Source: Eledone cirrhosa (lineage: Eukaryota). From it: DNA of 64,000 nucleotides. The DNA is taken from contig OZ024744.1 in assembly GCA_964016885.1 (NCBI GenBank), positions 93,000,001-93,064,000 on the forward strand. Direction: 5' to 3'. Below are positions 1 through 13,600 of this stretch, piece after piece (position 1 is the first letter of the stretch; each line of letters starts with the position of its first letter). The notes under the pieces were generated by a model. That model was given only the letters and a program-made list of their open reading frames with translations, was not told the origin of the DNA and did no database searches. The position numbers and the translations under genes were made by a program.

Positions 1-330
1 TATTATTATTTCATAATACTACTTTTGTTTCCTAGAATATTTTTTTCAATTTTTCCTTTGATATAATATATATTTTTGATATAATACCTATTTTAATTGA
101 TTATAAGCAACATATAGAATGAATAACGTTCAATTTATGTTTTGGTTTTTGACCAATCTAATTACGCTATATTTTAAATAATTTATTAAATGTTTAAACC
201 AACTGTAATTATTCTCCCAGTCACGTAACCCCTTATGTGTTGAGTTTTTTTCTAGCCATATGCTTGGTGGTCACCGATCTGTCCAGCTTGTTTGGGTACC
301 AACATATCATGAAAAATTATACATTTTATA

Positions 331-411
331 TGTATTTTGTCTGAAGAGGACATTTTCTGGTTTATGTTATACATAAACCTTACATCTTCGAAATATATAT
401 AATGAAATATA
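331..411 (+). ncRNA. Minimal type-I hammerhead ribozyme motif (PLE pLTR family A, diverged copy)
   Basis: tgtattttgt-CTGAAGA(341-347)-stem II with internal hairpin ggtttatgt/acataaacc-GAAA(390-393)-tatata-TA-atgaaatata; stem I pairs over about 10 bp with G:U wobbles. Confidence 0.6.
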
Positions 412-460
412 TAGAGATGATATAAGTACATATCTTTCGTTTATTACTATTATTATTATT

Positions 461-563
461 ATCCCGCCGAGGTTGACTTTGCCTTTCATCCTTACGGGGT
501 CGATAAAATAAAGTACCAGTAATGCACTGGGTAATTGCTGGCCTTGTGCCAAAAGTAGAAACA

Positions 564-595
<32 letters not shown>

Positions 596-596
596 T
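461..596 (+). mobile_element. 5'-truncated tRNA-derived SINE family 2 (Meta/MESC-like central domain) with (ATT)n tail
   Basis: gccgaggttgactttgcctttcatccttacggggtcgataaaataaagtaccagt...gtagaaaca(att)n; near-identical to 38724-38871 (reverse complement); tail-only copies at about 1803-1850 and 29652-29700. Confidence 0.75.
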
Positions 597-969
597 AGCA
601 GAAAACCACCCTTTCTGCTAGCATGTGTAGTGTGTATATTGATATTATACGCAAGTATATATGCATGTAGATATGATACATCAAATAAAATCATAATTGA
701 CAATATACACAGAAATTGAATGAAGACTGTGTTACACTGTCTTATGTAATCAGTAACGTAATCCATGATACATTAAAAAAAGACGATATTATATATAAAC
801 TACATTAGGAGAAAATTAGTGACGGAAATATATGAATATTTATTTAAGCGATCGCTAACCGGAAGTGTTGACATTTGAAAATTGTAAAGAAGTGAATCTT
901 TAAATAAACAATAAAATATATTTAATCAACAGCTACGAAATTTAGTAGATAAATTATTTAATATTCGGC

Positions 970-1585
970 ATAGGTTAAGTTTAACGTCCGAGATAATGAA
1001 AGTAGATTTTCTGACAAGTGAATGTGTTTTTTTTGTTTTTTTACAATGACAGTTACGATACAGTTTGTTTATTTACAACAGGTCTCTATAGTGATATGGT
1101 GTTAATTAGTATTGCGTGTGTGATTATTTTTTCTTTTTCTTTTTTTGTGTATTGTGTGTACGGAAAATGACATTGTGTGTTGAAAGAAAGAATTTTTTTT
1201 TAAATAACTACATAGTTAGACGTTTGTTGCATATAACATATACATTGACGTACCTTATCTGTATTTCAGCTATTTATACGGTCTAATAAGGATGTTGATA
1301 AGGTACGTCAATGTATATGTTATATGCAACAAACGTCTAACTATGTAGTTATTTTTAAAAAATTTATTTCTTTCAACACACAATGTCATTTTCCGTACAC
1401 ACAATACACAAAAAAAGAAAAAGAAAAAATAATCACACACGCAATACTAATTAACACCATATCACTATAGAGACCTGTTGTAAATAAACAAACTGTATCG
1501 TAACTGTCACTGTAAAAAAAGAATAAAACACATTCACTTGTCAGAAAATCTACTTTCATTATCTCGGACGTTAAACTTAACCTAT
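970..1585. repeat. Long near-perfect inverted repeat (fold-back), arms about 290 bp, 37-nt spacer
   Basis: 970-1259 is the reverse complement of 1297-1585 (taggttaagtttaacgtccgag / ctcggacgttaaacttaaccta; gacgtaccttatc / gataaggtacgtc). Confidence 0.95.
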
Positions 1586-1737
1586 CCCTTAATATTCATT
1601 CATTATTTATTCAAAGTAATCCAACTTATTTTACTAATGGGATAAAAAAATTATAAACGGTACGCAGTCCCGCACTTCTTACTTTATTATAGTTTATATT
1701 ATACATATATATATATTTTTTTGTTCTTCCCATCTAT

Positions 1738-2745
1738 TCCATAACTCAAATTGTACCACTTAGATCTATTATAATAACCTATTATCATCATTATTATTAT
1801 TACTGGGTAATTGCTGGCCTTGTGCCTAAAGTAGAAACAATTATTATTATTGTCATCATCTGTCAATGAACCATCATCATAACCTTTTATATTTTATATT
1901 TTATATTTTTTCTTTCATTTTCTATCTTTCTAATTCTCTCCCTAAATTTATTTCATCTCTTACATTTTATTTTATCGTATTATTTTCACTTCTAATATAA
2001 CTTACAATTAATTAATCAAATAATTAATTAATTATCTAATTAATTTATTAAAATAACCAATACACACATAAATATATTTAACATTTTCATGTTTATACCA
2101 TCGTATCTCTATGTATTAACCACCAACACCACAACTACTCTCAATAATCTTACTATGTTTACTTTTCTTCGCACATATAAACATTTTTTATTTATTTATT
2201 TTCATATTTTATATTGTTTTGTATCATCCTCGATGTAACTTATTTATTAGCATTTATTAATTTATTGTTGATATCATTAGTTTTCCCTTTATTTTTATTT
2301 ACCTTTTATTATTTTTTCTTTATCCTTTTCTCTTCTCTTTCTATCCTCTTTTCTCTCTGTCTTTTTTTTCTATATCTTTCTCTTTTTTCCTTTCTCCTTT
2401 TTCTTTCTTTTTTTCTCTCTATCTCTCTTCCTTATTTCTCTCTCTATCTTTATTATTAATATTATTGATGATGTTGCAATTTGAATTCGTGAAACTGAAC
2501 ATAATTTTAACAGTTATCTCCGATGATCTGGTTAAGCTAACAACGTATTTAAAATTGAATGGCACTGTTTCGAGTGTTCAGCAATATTTAGACAACTTAA
2601 TCAGTGAAACAATTGTTAGACTGTAAATAAATCTCCTTTTTTGTACTGTTGACCATATTATTTTTCACTTTTTCAATTTTATTACTCCAAGATAAACTTA
2701 CATAGGAATACAAGAGAACTCATAAACTCGCCACCTATGTAAACC
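1738..2745 (+). mobile_element. Penelope-like element 3'UTR/pseudo-LTR (family B) with decayed hammerhead at 2510-2624
   Basis: Collinear with the reverse complement of 20130-19650 and 18240-18060, which follow a GIY-YIG ORF; motif acagttatct-CCGATGA-stem II-GAAA-caattg-TT-agactgt. Confidence 0.7.
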
Positions 2746-2754
2746 CCTTGTTGA

Positions 2755-2990
2755 ATCAAACAACGCCGTACGCTAATCTATCTAGGGCGGGTAAAATTCC
2801 CGAGATCCATGGACGAGTTCTCTCCAGCGGTCTCTGTCTCTCATTATCGCTGCCATGTCCTGTGTCTCCAACAGACCAGTGTCTGTCCTTAGGGCATCAA
2901 CATACGTTAACCTCGGTCTTCCTCTTCCAGTGTGTCCATGTAGGGGCTCCCACAGGTGCACTGAGTGCAATGTCAACTCTGAATGTCGCT
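2755..2990 (-). mobile_element. Non-LTR retrotransposon (RTE-like) C-terminal fragment
   Basis: LWEPLHGHTGRGRPRLTYVDALRTDTGL...MRDRDRWRELV resembles the RTE-type ORF C-terminus. Confidence 0.7.
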
Positions 2991-3332
2991 GAGCATGTCC
3001 AGCTAACCTCAGTCTCCTCTGTGTCTCTTTTGAGCTGACTTTTTAGCCGTACGCTAAAACTATCCATAATACGAAGTATTCACAACCTCTAACTGGATTA
3101 CCTATAACGATATTTTGTTATCCTTTATCTCTCTCTATATATATATTTATCAGAATTTTACCAGTTTCAAACTAGTATATATATAGTGTGCCGAAATATC
3201 TATGATCTGCAGTTAACAGCGGATGAAAGGGTTCTTCTTTTGTTTCGTCCATATTACCATCTTAAACTTTGTTTACAGTAACCAGACAGCCCGCTTCGTT
3301 TCTTGTAATTATATATATATATATATATATAT

Positions 3333-3660
3333 CATTTTCATTTCATTTCATTTTACGTCCGCTTTTCCCTGCTTGCAAGGGTGGGACGGGAACTGATTCT
3401 GGCTTGATTTCTACAGCTGGATGCCCTTCCTAACACCAACCTCATTTACAGTGAGTGGTGGGTGCTTTTTTGCAGTGGAATGATAGGGACTGCAAAGTGA
3501 TCGTGGAGGTCCCTATCATCTCATTTCTACAGCTGAGTAAACTGGAGCAATGTTAAATAAAGTGTCTTGCTCTAGGAAACAACACATCACCCGATCTGAG
3601 AATTGAGCTCACAACCTTTCGATTGCAAGGCCAATGCTCTAACCACTAAACCATGTGCCT
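3333..3660 (-). mobile_element. tRNA-derived CORE-like SINE family 1 with RTE-derived 3' tail
   Basis: A/B-box head tggtttagtggttagagc...gagctcaattct; CORE-like gagcaagacactttatt...ccagtttactcagctgtagaaatgag; tail cccacccttgcaagcagggaaaagcggacgtaaaatg shared with the RTE 3' end at about 18280-18312. Confidence 0.85.
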
Positions 3661-5359
<1,699 letters not shown>

Positions 5360-5386
5360 ATATATATGTATATATATATATGTATA

Positions 5387-5509
<123 letters not shown>

Positions 5510-5568
5510 ATATATATGTATACATATATATATATATATATGTATGTATGTATATATATATGTATATA

Positions 5569-6860
5569 CAGGGTGCGGACGATATTTGTTCGCAATTTTC
5601 AACTGCTAATTTTATGCAAATTTTTTTAACTTCCGTTGTCACTCTGGTCTTCATAAAACAGTGACTATATTTCCATTATTTATTTTCAAAATAATTAATT
5701 ATGAATAATTTTGAACCTCCAAATTTGTGGAAGAGACATGGATTTCTTCTTGGAATCCGCGCCGGGAGGACAAATAAGGAAATTTCAGATTTTCTCAGTG
5801 TCATCAGGAGAATGGAGGAAAAGGTCAGAAAGGAATTGGAAGATTCAAGATTCGACTACGAAGCAACATCAGAGAGGAAAACACATGATCGACGATCTGA
5901 CGCCTTCAGAATGCCCGAGTTCGTCGCTGAAGTTCAGGATATCATCAACAATGAACCTAACAAGTCGATGCGTGCCATTGCAAGGGAGAAAGGCGTGGAT
6001 GAAAAGCTCATTAGGCTGGTGGTACATGAAGACATTCGCTATATTTCATACAAGATGAGGAAAGACAATTTCTGTCAAAGGCGATGCGAGAAAAACGACT
6101 GAAGCATGCAAAGAAGCTGATCAACAAGTTGAAACACCCACTGGAGCCAGACATGCTGTGGTTTTTCTCCGACAAGAAAAACTTCTGCTAAGACCAGAAG
6201 ATCAACTCCCAGAACAACAGGTGGCTCGCTGTCTCATTCAAAGACATGCCCAGAGTCATGCAGACAGTTTCCAGCGACAACATTGGCCTTAGGTGTCGTC
6301 AGCAGTCAAGGTGACGTCATGCCACCTCACTTCTCCCCTGAGGGCCTCAAGCTGAACACCGATGACTACATCCGCGTTCTGAGCGAGGTAGTAAAGACCT
6401 GGATCGACCAGGTAGCTGTAGGTAGGCCATACGTGTGGCAGCAAGACTCAGCGCCCTGCCTTATCAGCCGAAAGACCCAAGCCTGGCTGTCAGAGAACTT
6501 CGTCGATCACACTTCACCTGACATCTGGTCTCCCAGCTCGCCTGACTGCAACCCCCTCGACTTCTTTGTGTGGGGCGCAATGGAACAAGACACCAACAGA
6601 TCTAGCTGCAATACGAAAGACGATCTGAAGGCCAGGATCACAAGTGCCTTTAGGAGCCTAAATCGGGAGACAGTGACGAAGGCCTGGAGCCGGTTCTGAC
6701 GCCGTCATCAAAGCCAATGGCGGGTTTATCGAGTGAGATCGAAAGAACAAGTCATGAAGACAAACTGACCCAAGTTTGATAAATATATCTTTAAAAATAA
6801 AACTACTGTCTTATTTTTTCCTAGACAGTAATCTTGCGAAGAAATATCGTTTGCACCCTG
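5569..6860 (+). mobile_element. Tc1/mariner superfamily DD37D (maT) DNA transposon, full length, inactive
   Basis: TIRs cagggtgcggacgatatttgttcgcaa / ttgcgaagaaatatcgtttgcaccctg flanked by TA; transposase pieces with HTH region, WFFSD and QQDSAP-37 aa-NPLD. Confidence 0.92.
5701..6735 (+). pseudogene. maT DD37D transposase pseudogene (frameshifts, internal stop)
   Basis: ORFs 5701-6102 and 6283-6699 plus intervening frame WFFSDKKNFC*DQKINSQNNRW; exactly 37 residues between the second and third catalytic Asp. Confidence 0.88.
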
Positions 6861-7749
6861 TATATATACATCATCATCATCGTAATCATTGTTCCCACAA
6901 TGTGGACATGGTGCTTTTTGTTGTGGCACTAAAATGGCCACTTTACAGTGTGAACTGTGTGCTGGGGGTTGGAATGTGCATGTCTCTAGGGTGGGGATTG
7001 GAGTGGTAGGTTTAGGATGGGGCATTTTGCTGGTGAAGGGTGTAATATTAAGACGTGGATGAAGGGTGGAGTGTCAGGACGTGGGAGGTGTATGGAAGGG
7101 AGAGAGGAAGAGAAGTAGTGCATACTAGAGACCCCTATATGTTTGCATCAACCCATGCACATGGAAAGGCTGGTCTTCTGTATTACTGCATAACTCAATC
7201 CTGTGTCATCGCTTTTGAGAGGTGTAATTGTGCAAGTTCAGCTTTTATCACCTCATCCGAAGCCTTTCTAGGTCTTCTTCATTCATAACTTCATTCAACT
7301 TTGAGCCCTCAACACTTTTTTATGCAGCTGTCAACCTTCAGAGGCATCACATATCTATACCATTACAATCTCCTCTCATGCACACTGCATCTGATTCTTC
7401 TTATGCCTAATTTATCTCTCAGTTCATTTACACTTTGCCGTTCATGTATACTTTCTCCAAGACAACAAATGCCAAGTGGAGAGGTTTACTTTTAGCTAGG
7501 TACTTCTCCTGCAGTTGCCTGCCAATATTGTATGTGTTTTCATATATATATCTCTATTATAAATCATACTGTGTTAGTGCTAATACAAACTTATGTTATG
7601 TATATGATATAATTAGGGCTGTGTACAGGCAGCTGTTACTTTTGTGGGAAACAAAAGATTGATTTTTTCCCCGTCTTTTCATATAAAAGTCAAAGTGCAC
7701 GAAATATATATCAAAAATATGATGCCGCGGAGACACAAGATAAGTATTA

Positions 7750-8210
7750 AGGATAGGATTGAAGAAGTTTGGAGAGCTATCTGGAATAATGATAAGATGG
7801 AAGAGCTTTAGAGAGCTAGGTAGAATAAGGATAGGATGGAAGAGGTTTAGAGAGCTATCTGTAATAAGGATAGGATGAGAGAAGTTTAGAGAGCTAGGTG
7901 GTATAAGGATAAAATTGAAGAGGTTTAGAGAGCTAGCTAGAATAAGGATAGGGTGGAAGAAGTTTAAAGAGCTAGCTAGAATAAGGATAGGATGGGAGAA
8001 GTTTAGAGAGCTAGGTGGTATAAGGATAAAATTGAAGAGGTTTAGAGAGCTAGTTAAAATAAGGATAGGATGGAAGAGGTTTAGAGAGCTAGGTAGAATA
8101 AGGGTAGGATGGAAGAAATTTAGAGAGCTAGGTGGAATAAAGATAGGATGGAAGAAGTTTAGAGAGTTAGGTAGAATAAGGATAAGATGGAAGAAGTTTA
8201 GAGAGCTACT
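7750..8210 (+). repeat. 39-bp minisatellite (about 12 copies) derived from RTE coding segment RIRIGWKKFREL
   Basis: Unit agaataaggataggatggaagaggtttagagagctaggt; runs directly into RTE sequence at 8210. Confidence 0.9.
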
Positions 8211-8682
8211 CTCACGGTTAACAACAAAAGGTTTCTCCCTATGTACAAAAGGACATCTGTATGTGCAAAGTACCATGCTTCATAGTAGTGAAACATGGGC
8301 AGTGCACACGGGCAATGAACATAAGTAAGCTGGAGGGAAATGAAGCAACTTTGCTTCAAAGGATGTGCAATATAAACGTGAGAGAAAAGCAGAGCTTGGA
8401 TAAACTAAGAGAGAGAAACTGGGTTTAAGAGGAATCCGAAGTGGTGTGTAAAAGAGAAGACTGCATTTGTACTGACATGTGAGGTGTATGGATGATGATC
8501 ATTGGATGAAGAAGTACCAGGAATTCCCAGTGGATGGAAGCTGCTGTAGAAGAAGACCAAAGAGGTAGTAAAAGCTAATCTCAAATCGCTGAAACTCATG
8601 TGTGGAGAGATGCTGTGCTGAAAAGAAACCCATCCAACCCATACAAACGTGGAAAAACGATAACGATAATGATGATGATGAT
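8170..8682 (+). mobile_element. Degenerate RTE LINE 3' fragment with (GAT)n tail
   Basis: FRELLSRLTTKGFSLCTKGHLYVQSTMLHSSETWA matches ORF 18398-18850. Confidence 0.8.
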
Positions 8683-9619
8683 GTGGAACATGAGGAAATG
8701 AAAGAGAACTGAGGTGAACATGATCCATAGGTTGTGTAATGTTAACTGTGAGGTGGGAATGTTCACATGTCTGTACGTGTGTTTCGAGTTCTGTCTGTTC
8801 TGACAACTATTGTTCCATTTTTATGAACAAAGAACCAGCTCACCAAATTATATGTAATAACGTCTTGTGTCAAATATTCATTTCCTCTACTTTCAGCCAG
8901 ATCTGCCATTCTGCCATTTCTGCCATTCTTTGCCTCTTCCTCTTTTTCTCATTACTTAATTTTGTTTCTATCTTTCTTTAGGGTCTGGTGCCATGCTTTG
9001 TAGCAAAGAGTTACGGCCCTTTATGGTGTGAGTTCAAATCCTGCCAGGGTTAAAAAGAAACCCATCCAACCTATGCAAACGTGGAAAAATGAGCATAAAA
9101 ACGATAACGATGATTATGATGATGATGATGTAGAATATGAGGAAATGAGAGAGAACTGAGGTGAACATGATCTATAGGATGTGTAATGTTAACTTCCACG
9201 AAAGCTAAAACAGTAGTGAGCTGACAGATGTAAAAATCCTGAAAGATGAGACATCTCCACTCATTGGAATTGACTTGTAATGTGGATAGACAATGAGCGC
9301 TCACTGATAAAGTGGGAAATAGATGGCATTTATCAACAACAGAGGAGAGGAAATCTGGGGAGCTGGGGGCTTTGCTGGAAGTATAAGGGCCAGTGATGTC
9401 ATAGGGCAGGAGGGCATTGCTGGAAGCAGCAGGGCACAGTGATGTCCTGTAAGAGAAAGCAGGAAGTAGGAACAAAGTTGTGGGTTCTCTTCTTCCTTTT
9501 TTGTCAATAAGTTGAGTTTGTTTTTCTTTTTCTTTTTTGCTCTGTGCAGTTGGGGTTTTGTGGTTATATTTTCTGACCAGAGAGTAGTGTCAGGCTGAGC
9601 ACTTACGGAGACGGATAGC

Positions 9620-9990
9620 CCTTCTTCTTCTTCTTCTTCTTCTTCTTCTTCTTCTTCTTCTTCTTCTTCTTCTTCTTCTTCTTCTTCTTTTTCTTCATGT
9701 TTTCCTCCTCCTCCTCCTCCTTCTTCGTCTTCGCCACCCATTTATTCCTGAGAGGGTCATGGGGGTAGGGTCCTCAAACACTCCTTCCAGCAGGTCCTGT
9801 CAGAAGCAACAGTCTCCAGTTGATCCAGATGGATCCCCAAGCGAGACCAGCCAAGCTCATGGATGTTATCCAACCATCTTGCTTGGAGTCTCTACTCCTG
9901 AGTCTCCTGCCAGTTAGTTTTACCCATAAAATCTGTCCAGCAATTCTTTCCTGAGACATTCTAACCACATGTCCATAGTATTGGAGCTAG
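9620..9990 (-). mobile_element. RTE-clade LINE 3' fragment (second family) with (GAA)n tail
   Basis: YGHVVRMSQERIAGQILWVKLTGRRLR; homologous to 29380-29640, which also ends in a GAA/GAT tail. Confidence 0.7.
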
Positions 9991-10636
9991 ACAAGATCAA
10001 CTAGTGAGACATCCAACGAGTTAGATGAGCAACGTTGCCACCCCTAGTCCCAAGTCCCCAAACCCCAGCCTCCAACCTCAAGCCTTGTACCGCAAAGACC
10101 ACGGAAACTGAGAGTAAAAGCAGCAAAGCCAGATCTCCAGATGTTAGCTCACAGATGAGATGACATGACACAAGATGTGATATATCAAACCCATACCAAA
10201 CATGGAAAATAGTTGTGATTATGATAGTGTTTGTGCACACAAAACAAACTTTTCAAACACTTAGTACAAATCCTGACAGAGATTGAATCCCAAACCAGGA
10301 TATTCACTGTCTCTAATACCTACCGATAGGCCACTTCAAACACTTGCCAGCTGATTAGATCAGCTAACTTGAAACTGTATATAAATAGCATGAAGTTAAT
10401 CTAGCCATAATGAAATGATCTAAATCTTTTTTCCTTTTTTTCCTTTCCTTCTAATCTTTTCTCGGCATACTTAATATTTATGAAAGGTATTTATGCAATG
10501 AGATATATAAATATTTAAAACAGTGGAATAATAACTTGTGTCCAGTAAGTGGAGCATCATTGGAAATAAGCTTAAGATAAGTTCTTTGGGATATAAAAAA
10601 ATTAGTGGTTAATTTAATATTTAGTTGACCCCTACA

Positions 10637-13600
10637 TGTGCAGCTCTAAATCTAATGTAATACTGTGTAGTTCTAAATCTAATATTGTGTAGTTCTAAAT
10701 CTAATATTGTGTAGTTCTAAATCTAATATTGTGTAGTTCTAAATCTAATACTGTGTAGTTCTAAATCTAATACTGTGTAGTTCTAAATCTAATATTGTGT
10801 AGTTCTAAATCTAATACTGTGTAGTTCTAAATCTAATATTGTGTAGTTCTAAATCTAATACTGTGTAGTTCTAAATCTAATACAGTCTAGTTCTGAATCT
10901 AATATTGTGTAGTTCTAAATCTAATACTGTGTAGTTCCAAATCTAATACTGTGTAGTTCTAAATCTAATACTGTGTAGTTCTAAATCTAATATCGTGTAG
11001 TTCTAAATCTAATACTGTGTAGTTCTAAATCTATTACTGTGTAGTTCTAAGTCTAATACTGTGTAGTTCTAAATCTAATATTGTGTAGTTCTAAATCTAA
11101 TACTGTGTAGTTCTAAATCTAATATTGTGTAGTTCTAAATCTAATACTGTGGAGTACTAAATCTAATACTGTGTAGTTCTAAATCTAATACTGTGTAGTT
11201 CTAAATCTAATACTATGTAGTTCTAAATCTAATACTGTGTAGTTCTAAATCTAATATTGTGTAGTTCTAAATCTAATACTGTGTAGTTCTAAATCTAATA
11301 TTGTGTACTTCTAAATCTAATACTGTGTAGTTCTAAATCTAATATTGTGTAGTTCTAAGTCTAATACTGTGTAGTTCTAAATCTAATACTATGTAGTTCT
11401 AAATCTAATACTGTGTAGTTCTAAATCTAATATTGTGTAGTTCTAAATCTAATACTGTGTAGTTCTAAATCTAATATTGTGTAGTTCTAAGTCTAATACT
11501 GTGTAGTTCTAAATCTAATACTATGTAGTTCTAAATCTAATACTGTGTAGTTCTAAATCTAATATTGTGTAGTTCTAAATCTAATATTGTGTAGTTCTTA
11601 ATCTAATACTGTGTAGTTCTAAATCTAATACTGTGTAGTTCTAAATCTAATACTGTGGAGTACTAAATCTAATACTGTGTAGTTCTAAATCTAATATTGT
11701 GTAGTTCTAAATCTAATACTGTGTAGTTCTAAATCTAATACTGTGTAGTTCTAAATCTAATACTGTGGAGTACTAAATCTAATACTGTGTAGTTCTAAAT
11801 CTAATATTGTGTAGTTCTAAATCTAATACTGTGTAGTTCTAAATCTAATACTGTGGAGTACTAAATCTAATACTGTGTTTTTCTAAATCTAATACTGTGT
11901 AGTTCTAAATCTAGTATTGTGTAGTTTTAAATCTAATACTGTGTAGTTCTAAATCTAATACTGTGTAGTTCTAAATCTAATACTGTGTAGTTCTAAATCT
12001 AATATTGTGTAGTTCTAAATCTAATACTGTGTAGTTCTAAATCTAATACTATGTAGTTCTAAATCTAATACTATGTAGTTCTAAATCTAATATTGTGTAG
12101 TTCTAAATCTAATATTGTGTAGTTCTAAATATAATACTGTGGAGTACTAAATCTAATACTGTGTAGTTCTAAATCTAATACTGTGTAGTTCTAAATCTAG
12201 TATTGTGTAGTTTTAAATCTAATACTGTGTAGTTCTAAATCTAATATTGTGTAGTTCTAAATCTAATACTATGTAGTTCTAAATCTAATACTGTGCAGTT
12301 CTAAATCTAATATTGTGTAGTTCTAAATCTAATACTATGTAGTTCTAAATATAATACTGTGTAGTTCTAAATCTAATACTGTGTAGTTCTAAATCTAATA
12401 CTGTGTAGTACTAAATCTAATACTGTGTAGTTCTAAATCTAATACTATGTAGTTCTAAATCTAATACTGTGTAGTTCTAAATCTAATACTGTGTAGTTCT
12501 AAATCTAATACTGTGGAGTACTAAATCTAAAACTGTGTAGTTCTAAATCTAATATTGTGTAGTTATAAATCTAATACTGTGTAGTTCTAAATCTAATACT
12601 GTGGGGTACTAAATCTAATACTGTGTAGTTCTAAATCTAATACTGTGTAGTTCTAAATCTAGTATTGTGTAGTTTTAAATCTAATACTGTGTAGTTCTAA
12701 ATCTAATACTGTGTAGTTCTAAATCTAATATTGTGTAGTTCTAAATCTAATACTGTGTAGTTCTAAATCTAATACTATGTAGTTCTAAATCTAATACTAT
12801 GTAGTTCTAAATCTAATATTGTGTTGTTCTAAATCTAATATTGTGTAGATCTAAATCTAATACTGTGCAGTTCTAAATCTAATACTGTGTAGTTCTAAAT
12901 CTAATACTATGTAGTTCTAAATCTAATACTGTGTAGTTCTAAATCTAATACTGTGTAGTTCTAAATCTAATACTATGTAGTTCTAAATCTAATACTGTGT
13001 AGTTCTAAATCTAATACTGTGTAGTTCTAAATCTAATACTGTGGAGTACTAAATCTAATACTGTGTAGTTCTAAATCTAATATTGTGTAGTTCTAAATCT
13101 AATACTGTGTAGTTCTAAATCTAATACTGTGGAGTACTAAATCTAATACTGTGTAGTTCTAAATCTAATACTGTGTAGTTCTAAATCTAATATTGTGTAG
13201 TTCTAAGTCTAATACTGTGTAGTTCTAAATCTAATACTATGTAGTTCTAAATCTAATACTGTGTAGTTCTAAATCTAATATTGTGTAGTTCTAAATCTAA
13301 TATTGTGTAGTTCTTAATCTAATACTGTGTAGTTCTAAATCTAATACTGTGTAGTTCTAAATCTAATACTGTGGAGTACTAAATCTAATACTGTGTAGTT
13401 CTAAATCTAATATTGTGTAGTTCTAAATCTAATACTGTGTAGTTCTAAATCTAATACTGTGTAGTTCTAAATCTAATACTGTGGAGTACTAAATCTAATA
13501 CTGTGTAGTTCTAAATCTAATATTGTGTAGTTCTAAATCTAATACTGTGTAGTTCTAAATCTAATACTGTGGAGTACTAAATCTAATACTGTGTTTTTCT

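Noticed and set aside
3125-3200. Hammerhead-like GAAA-ctgg-TA on the minus strand
   Set aside because: No recognisable CUGANGA box at the required position
8845-8910. Possible minus-strand micro-exon MADLAESRGNEYLTQDVITYNL followed by GTGAG
   Set aside because: No acceptor or pyrimidine tract, no partner exons and no recognisable homology; needs RNA-seq
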